A DNA stretch of 14,533 nt from Azolla caroliniana (lineage: Eukaryota > Plantae > Polypodiophyta): the NCBI GenBank assembly GCA_043228905.1, contig JBHGNT010000863.1, positions 1 through 14,533 of the forward strand, written 5' to 3'. Under the pieces are notes generated by a model. It saw only the letters and a list, made by a program, of their open reading frames with translations. It was not told the DNA's origin and ran no database searches. A program made the translations under genes and the position numbers. Shown piece after piece: positions 8,790 to 14,533 of this stretch. How positions within the stretch are numbered: the first letter of the stretch is position 1; every line of letters starts with the position of its first letter.

Positions 8790-9112
8790 TGTTGGGAGAC
8801 AGGTCCCTCCGGATGGGAAGGGAGAAGAACAGTGTCGACGAACAATCTCGGCCGAGGCCGAAACCGGAAGAGGAGTACCCGGCTATGGAGAGCCGGATGG
8901 TGCAGACCCGGTGAGAAACGGATGAGGAGTACCTGGCTACGGAGAGCCGGATGGTGCAGACCCGGTATGAACCGGATGAGGAGTACCCAGCTACGGAGAG
9001 CCGGATGACGCAAACCCGGTGAGAACCGGAGGAAGAGACATATTAGTAAATATGTTTCTGAGAGCCCATCGAGGCTATATTTGTAAATAGCCGAAAATTC
9101 ATATTAGTATAA
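8790..9112 (+). mobile_element. Truncated duplicate of solo LTR D (D2) with three 54-bp units (8864-9025)
   Basis: Starts tgttgggagacagg at the same insertion point as D1; homology stops at tataa 9108-9112, where integrase sequence begins. Confidence 0.9.
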
Positions 9113-10340
9113 CCCTTTTGCTCTTGAGCATAGCCGACTAGGATGCATTTTTCCGATTTTGCATCCAACTTCCTCTGCTTCTCATCTGGTACATGCACAT
9201 ATGCAATGCTACCGAAGATCTTAAAGTGTCTCAAATTTGGCTTGCGCCCGAAATACAGCTCGTGAGCTGACACCTTGTCACCGATCCGGTTCTGTATGTA
9301 GACAACCGTTCGGACTACCTACGCCCAGTAGAATTTGGGCATGCTCTTCTCCTCCAGCATTGCCCTTGCCGCATCAATAAGTGACCGGTTCTTCCTTTCG
9401 GCAACACCGTTCTGTTGCGGTGTGTATCTGCAGCTGAACTCTCGCCGAATTCCCTTTTGCTGCAGATAACTGTTGAATTGGCTGTTGAATTTTCCGCCAT
9501 CCGACCACAGGCATTTGATCTTCCTCTCTGATTCCCGTTCCACCATGATTTGGAGACTCCGGAAACACTCGAAGATATCACTCTTCCACTCAATGAGCTC
9601 GATCCATGTGTGTCGCGTATAGTCGTCGATGAAGGAGACAAAATATCAACTCCCACCAAGACTAACATTCTATGCCGGTCCCCACACATCCGAATGGATA
9701 AGGTCGAGCTTGTTATAGGTCCAGTTACGTTTGGTAGGGAATGGAAGCCGGTGTTGCTTCCCGAGTTGGCAGGCTTCACATACTTGGGCCTTCCGGCCGC
9801 TGAACTTCGGCAAACCGAAAACAACTTGTTTCGTTTGCAAGTCTTGAAGCCTCCGTTAATTGACGTGGCCGATCCGCTTGTGGCACAAGTCGATGTCCGA
9901 TTCAACCTTTTGTCCTTTTGCAAACAGAGCGATGCCGATGTCATTGGTGTCGAGGATAAACATCCTCCCGTCTCTGCGTCCTTGCGCAATAATCTGGCCC
10001 TCTTCCTCGATGAAGCACCCGAGGTGCGTAAACCGCACCTGCATCCCTTGATCGATGATCTGTCCGACCGACACCAGGTTCTTCGTGATTGTCGGAACGT
10101 GTAATACGTTCATCAGCTTCCCCTTCTGTCCGACGTGGCTCAAAGGGACTTCTCCGACATGCACGATTGGGTGAGGAGTGTCATCTCTGATTTCGACTAC
10201 TCCTGGTTGATACGGTTTCTCCAAAAAGGAGAACCACTCTTTGGGGCTCGTCATGTGGTTCGACGCACCGGAATCAACATACCACACTTCCTCCGATTTG
10301 GAAGTGGTCTTCTTCATTGAGTTCGCCTCGTGCTTCATCA
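9113..10340 (-). pseudogene. pol: Copia protease, GAG-pre-integrase and integrase of element C (frameshifted, C-terminally deleted)
   Basis: WYVDSGASNHMT (protease); DLCHKRIGHVN; IKCLWSDGG, YTPQQNGVAERKNR, KLDAKSEKCILVGY (integrase). Confidence 0.95.
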
Positions 10341-11282
10341 CCAAGGCTGCCCCGTTACCGTACTTGGATACTCCCGATCCCTTCGCGTAGTGCGAGCATT
10401 GCCGGCTTTGCCGGATCCGGATTTGTCCGAATCGGCGCGTTTTCTCCAGCACTTGCTTTCTCTGTGGCCCTTTTTTCCATAGTACCAGCATTTTGTTGTA
10501 GTCTTCTCTTGTCGTCTTCCGGTGCCGCTATGACTCCCCTTGCTCCTGGAGGGTCTGGAATTGTTGTCTGCATGTTCTCTGTGCCTTTGTTCCGGGTCTT
10601 GCCGGCCGCCTCCATTGCATGCCGACCCTCCTCGTCCACCATGCCCACGGGACCGATCTGCTTCCGTGTACAACATCCGGTTGTCAATGGGTGCTCTAGT
10701 TGACGCACCGGCGTGGTTCTCCTCTACAAGGAGCATCGATTGTAAGTCGAAAAATGAGGGCGTATTCTCCCTTGTACATACCACCGTTCGGAACGCTCTG
10801 AACTTAGATGCCAGATCCCCAAGACAGACTTGTACCATCTCGCCTTGCTCTATGGTAACGTTGATAGAGGCAAGTGAGTCACTTATCTCTTTGATCCAGG
10901 CCGTGTAATCCGCCACCGACATGTCCTTCTATCGGACATTGCTCAACTCCTGTTGGAGTTGCAGCTTCCGGGCTGTAGTGCTCGCGGCGAAAGCCTTCTT
11001 CAGGTTTCCCCTAGCCTCCTTCGGCGTCTTGGCGTCTCGGATGTGGCTCAGCAACTGGTCTCCGACACTGGACGCGAAGCAGTACATCACTCTGCTTGCC
11101 AATTGTTCCCACACTGGGAAATCCTTATGTGCCGCATCAGGTGTTGTTTCGTTGGTTCCTTCGACGAAACTCCAGTAGCCATGCCCAAGCAGGTACTGGT
11201 GCATCTTGTACGACCAAGATGCATAGTTGGATCTGTCGTGTTTCTCCATAGGGAGCGAGCTAGCCATTCCTCTATCCATCAC
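10338..11282 (-). pseudogene. gag: Copia gag of element C, frameshifted near 10925
   Basis: SNYASWSYKMHQYLLGHGYW (Gag N-terminus); MSVADY; degenerate zinc knuckle CWYYGKKGHRESKC. Confidence 0.93.
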
Positions 11283-11360
11283 TTCTCTGTCTGTTGTTCT
11301 TACGACTTGTTAGGGTTTGCTTTCAAGCGTTTGTCAGCTACAGAGGTTCTCAACCCTGGC

Positions 11361-11372
11361 GCTCTGATACCA
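11361..11372 (-). promoter_or_regulatory. Primer binding site (tRNA-iMet) of element C
   Basis: TGGTATCAGAGC directly abutting the 5' LTR. Confidence 0.95.
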
Positions 11373-11785
11373 TGTAAACGATTACTTGTAGAAGCATTAG
11401 AAAATAGAGAAAGTAGAGTATACACAGAATACACGGGAGAGACAGAGAGAGCAGAACGTAAAAGGTATATTCCAAACAATATAAAACTCTGTCCATACAA
11501 CTGTGCTCAGTAGCCCTATTTATACAAGTCCTCGTGGGACTGACAAAAGTACCGCGTACTTCAATGCTCACACGAGCATCTGACACTTACTACGAGATTA
11601 TAACTGCCTAGTAGTCTAAACTAATACTAGGCTTCCGGTTACCAATTGGATTCGGCTAACCGGCTCTGTTGCTTCCCGGCTCTGTTGCTTCCCGGCTCGG
11701 TTGCTCACCGACTTACCGATCCGTCTCGCTCACCGGCTCAGGCTTATCCAGCCGATCCGGCTCCAGTTGAGCTTGCCACTCAACA
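11373..11785 (-). repeat. 5' LTR of element C (413 bp)
   Basis: Direct repeat of 4646-5059 with TG..CA ends; adjacent to the PBS. Confidence 0.97.
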
Positions 11786-11979
11786 CGGACCCTACTGTCG
11801 GAAACCATCTCCGGCTAAGGTCGAGGCCATCTTAGTGCTGAAGGAGGAATGCAAGTCGACCACGGAGGTCTGACGGCTCCTAGGGGCATCTACCTTCTAC
11901 CACATTTGAATTCCCAATTATGCACATATAGCTAAGCCACTCCATGGCTTACTGAAAAAGGGGCAGAAGTTTGAATGGG
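11786..11979 (+). pseudogene. pol: Continuation of Gypsy G pol (RT thumb/connection region)
   Basis: PSPAKVEAI...TEV*RLLGASTFYHI*IPNYAHIAKPLHGLLKKGQKFEW, matching the Gypsy 'FLG..YY..FIPNYA.IA.PL..LLKK...F.W' motif. Confidence 0.9.
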
Positions 11980-12276
11980 TGTCATGATATAGCATGGTAT
12001 GGCTTCAAAAAGATTTGAACCCATGACCTTGTGGCACATGGGCAGAAGCCTTACCATTAAGCTATAAGTTATAATACAAAGAATTTTATTTCCATTTATT
12101 ATTTCACTATTATAGATTTCTCTAGAACATTCTCGAAGAAGAGTATTCCTAAAACCACTATAAAAAGAGGCACATGGCATTATCAAGAACCAAATCGGTT
12201 CAACGCCAGTCTTAAGCCTCCTAGTTGTTCTTGTATCTTTTCTTCTTATAATATAAAATACTTCTTGTTGTCATCA

Positions 12277-12319
<43 letters not shown>

Positions 12320-12334
12320 CACGTGGTTCTCACA
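11980..12334 (+). repeat. Putative 5' LTR of element F (3' boundary uncertain)
   Basis: TGTCA start and TATAAAA at 12159-12165; candidate CA ends at 12321 or 12334; no second copy in the window. Confidence 0.55.
12281..12315. repeat. (CT)17 microsatellite
   Basis: Direct reading. Confidence 0.95.
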
Positions 12335-12503
12335 CACTCTTTCCCTTCTTAATACTAATCCTCATTCTTCTCCTCTACCTTTAGTATTTATTCTCCTTGC
12401 CTCTAGTACTATCCCTGATAGTTTGAACTGATTTTTCCCTCTTCAGCTTCGTATCCCTCATTCCCTTCATACTAATCTTCGTATCCTTCATTCCTCCAAT
12501 ACT

Positions 12504-13646
12504 ATGGCAATTGTTAGCACTCAAGAATACCAATCTGTTTTCTCGGAGCTGTAGTGCTTGAAAGAAAGGTTTGTCACACTGGAACAAGAAAATCAACGGT
12601 TGTTGGGGCATCTTCAACAAATCTCTTTAGAAAAGCACCAAGCACAACAACAACATGGGGAGTTAGTGTTACGCGTGCAACAACTTGAAGCAACCATTGT
12701 AGCATTGCAACAATAAGGATCAAGTACTCAAGGGATTCAGAAAGAGCCCAAGATCGGCCTTCGAATGAAATTCGATGCAACGTGATCACAGTTCAGAGGA
12801 TTCCTTAATCAAGCATGATTAGTCATTCAAATGCATCCTTCCCGATATCCCACCGATGCATCACGAGTGGGTCTAGTAGGCACGTTACTAAGCGGCTCAA
12901 CTTTGGCATGGTTCGCTCCATTGTTGGAAACAAGTTCTTCCTTACTAAATAATTTTGAAGAGTTTATAAACGAGTTTAAAGCCTGTTTTGGAGATACTGG
13001 TAGCATAAGGATGGCAATCAACAAAATCTGACAATTACGTCAAGGTGATCGTCCAGCCTCCGCTTACGCTGTTGATTTTCGTCTACTCGCTTCCGATATC
13101 CCCTGGGATGACCAAGCATTGATGGAGAAATTTCGATACGATATACGAAATGATGTCAAAGACTTACTCCTGACTTTCTCCGAAGAACCAAAATCGCTCA
13201 CAGAGGCAATCAATCGAGCGGTATGATGCGATAACCGGCTTTTCGAGCGACGTTCGGAATGCCAGTTACAAATGCCAAGGACCAAGTCGAAGCCCACATA
13301 CGCCTCGGTCATAGCAAAACCATTTGCAAGGGAGTCATATCATGCATCTTTGGCAAATACTCCAACACCGATGGAAATCGACACCACACGTCGTCATGGA
13401 CCATTGTCGGAAGAAGAAAAGAACCGACGCCGAGTTAATCGATTATGTCTTTACTGTGGAGGACCAGGGAATATCACAATAAACTGCCCACATAGGCCAA
13501 GAAGACAGGTAAATCAAATAGTTTCTTGTACTAAACTTGAGTCTATTTCAATAGGAGTGTCTAATAGTCCTAATAGTACTAATAGCCCAAGTCTATCAAA
13601 TAAATTTGATGTCCTTAGTCAGTTAGAAGAAGAGTTAAATGACTAA
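12504..13646 (+). pseudogene. gag: Gypsy gag (PEG10/sushi/Tcn1-like) with in-frame stops
   Basis: One frame from ATG 12504: KEPKIG..KFD..FRGFLNQ; LLSGSTLAWF; LRQGDRPASAYAVDF; PTPMEID; EEKNRRRVNRLCLYCGGPGNITINCP (degenerate CCHC). Confidence 0.92.
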
Positions 13647-13685
13647 GTCCAGCCAAAATAGGAGTCATTTGGTTGGACAACCCTA
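13634..13685 (+). promoter_or_regulatory. Putative -1 ribosomal frameshift signal at the gag-pol junction
   Basis: G TTA AAT heptamer, 6-nt spacer, 11-bp stem gtccagccaaa/tttggttggac; pol is in the -1 frame. Confidence 0.7.
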
Positions 13686-13953
13686 GATCTATGCAACCCA
13701 TTAGTAGTTCCATTCCCTCTAAGCAAGTTAGCAATGTGTTCTTAGCTCAAGTAATAGTTAGTACTAAAAGTACCCCTCTAGTACATGTCTTAACACTCCT
13801 AGATTCTGGAGCTAATTCTTGCTTCATGGATAGGAATTTTGCCCAAGCTCATAAGATATCCCTAAGAAAACTACCTTGTCTAGGCTCGGTAGTAGTCATT
13901 GATGGTCGTCCCATCGCTTCCAGAAATATCATAGAAGTCTCAGAGTTAGTTAA
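13643..13953 (+). pseudogene. pol: Gypsy aspartic protease, truncated by LTR insertion
   Basis: LLDSGANSCFMD active site and VVVIDGRP flap motif. Confidence 0.9.
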
Positions 13954-14533
13954 TGACGGGAACTCAACGCTCCTTATGCACAACGCTCGGCCACAACCGA
14001 GCTTAGAATAATACACAGAAAACCCAAACTAGGGGAAAAACCCAAACTAGGGAAAAAACACGGCAGCCCACAGGCTGCAAACTATCACTATGCTAGAATG
14101 TACAACAGTGAGTTCATGGAGGCAACAACCTCGTGCTCACGATCTTCGCCACAGGCGGCGGTTACAACAGAGGCAACGACCTCGTTCTCTCTCTCTCTCT
14201 CTCTCTCTCTGTACACTGTTACACGCTCTCTCTTCTTGCACCAACAAGAAAATGACAACAACAATAACTATAAGTTTGCCCTAAGTCATATTTATACCAA
14301 TATGACTTTTCGGCTATTTACAAATATAGCCACGATGGACTCTCAAAAACATATTTACGAATATGTCTCTTCATCCGATTCTCACCGGGTCTGCAACATC
14401 CGGCTCTCCGTAGCCTGGTACTCATCCGGTTCTCATCGGGTCTGCACCATGCGTCTCTCCGTAGCCGGGTACTCCTCATCCAGTTCTCACCGGGTCTGCA
14501 CCATCCGGCTCTCCGTAGCCGGGTACTCCTCAT
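13954..14533 (-). mobile_element. LTR of family D (D3), running off the window
   Basis: Reverse complement of D1 from its CA end (tgacgggaactcaacgc...); about three 54-bp units at 14379-14533; interrupts the protease gene. Confidence 0.93.

Larger units (their letters stand above)
5339..9112. repeat. Internal direct duplication in element C, period 2138 bp (5339-~6929 matches 7477-9112)
   Basis: ORF pairs 5779/7917 and 6075/8213 are offset by 2138; about 14 differences in ~1.3 kb by manual count; junction cttggc-cttggc at 7471-7482. Confidence 0.95.
4646..11785 (-). mobile_element. Full-length but defective Ty1/Copia element C (7140 bp including nested LTRs and internal duplication)
   Basis: Two TG..CA LTRs, PBS, PPT, Copia domain order gag-PR-INT-RT-RH, and TSD cggat (4641-4645)/cggac (11786-11790). 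Removing it restores the host frame ILVVGHLCG|PYCRKPSPAKVEAI. Confidence 0.97.
11980..13953 (+). mobile_element. 5' part of a Tcn1/sushi-like Ty3/Gypsy element F (LTR, gag, protease), interrupted by LTR D3
   Basis: G homology stops at TGTCATGA (11980), followed by AT-rich LTR-like DNA with a TATA box, then gag and protease. Confidence 0.85.

Noticed and set aside
8864-9025. Regular repeats as a CRISPR array
   Set aside because: Units are contiguous 54-bp tandem copies with no unique spacers, inside an LTR, in a eukaryotic TE context.
9550-10104. 184-aa plus-strand ORF and other antisense ORFs (e.g. 10953..11513, 3371..3904)
   Set aside because: Shadows of gag/pol on the opposite strand with no recognisable motifs.
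11310-11318. Telomeric-type TTAGGGTTT here and at ~2849 and ~2996 as interstitial telomere
   Set aside because: Single copies only; at most telo-box motifs within TE leader or LTR sequence.
11355-11372. tRNA gene
   Set aside because: Only the 12-nt PBS complementary to tRNA-iMet is present; no cloverleaf.
6653-14533. D1 and D3 as terminal inverted repeats of a DNA transposon
   Set aside because: D1 has its own TG..CA ends and TSD; D3 is an independent insertion into a different element.
14318-14533. Repetitive peptide MRSTRLRRAGWCRPGEN as a real protein
   Set aside because: It is the translation of the 54-bp U3 repeat, upstream of the TATA box, with no evidence of expression.

Overview
Plant-type heterochromatic DNA made entirely of nested, decayed LTR retrotransposons; no host gene, RNA gene or CRISPR array is visible. 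Labels A-G are mine. An old Ty3/Gypsy pol (G: 3113-4645, resuming 11786-11979) is split by a full-length minus-strand Ty1/Copia element (C: 4646-11785, both LTRs, PBS-Met, PPT, TSD cggat/cggac). G is then interrupted by a Tcn1/sushi-like Gypsy (F: from 11980), which is itself interrupted by LTR family D (13954 to window end). Element C carries a solo LTR of family D (6653-7305) and a later ~2.14 kb internal tandem duplication. The left part holds a Tnt1-like Copia 5' end (A), the 3' end of a relative of C (B) inserted into A's LTR, and a plus-strand Copia fragment (E). The most unusual signal is that B and C share a ~170-200 aa protein-coding extension of Pol after RNase H. It lies between two copies of the polypurine tract, ends in the first bases of the 3' LTR, and has conserved motifs (TWSDVVKGLK, Arg-rich block, QVELEGEC*). 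The LTRs also carry conserved, co-varying palindrome arrays. A non-seed plant host such as a moss is an inference from the element types, not demonstrated.
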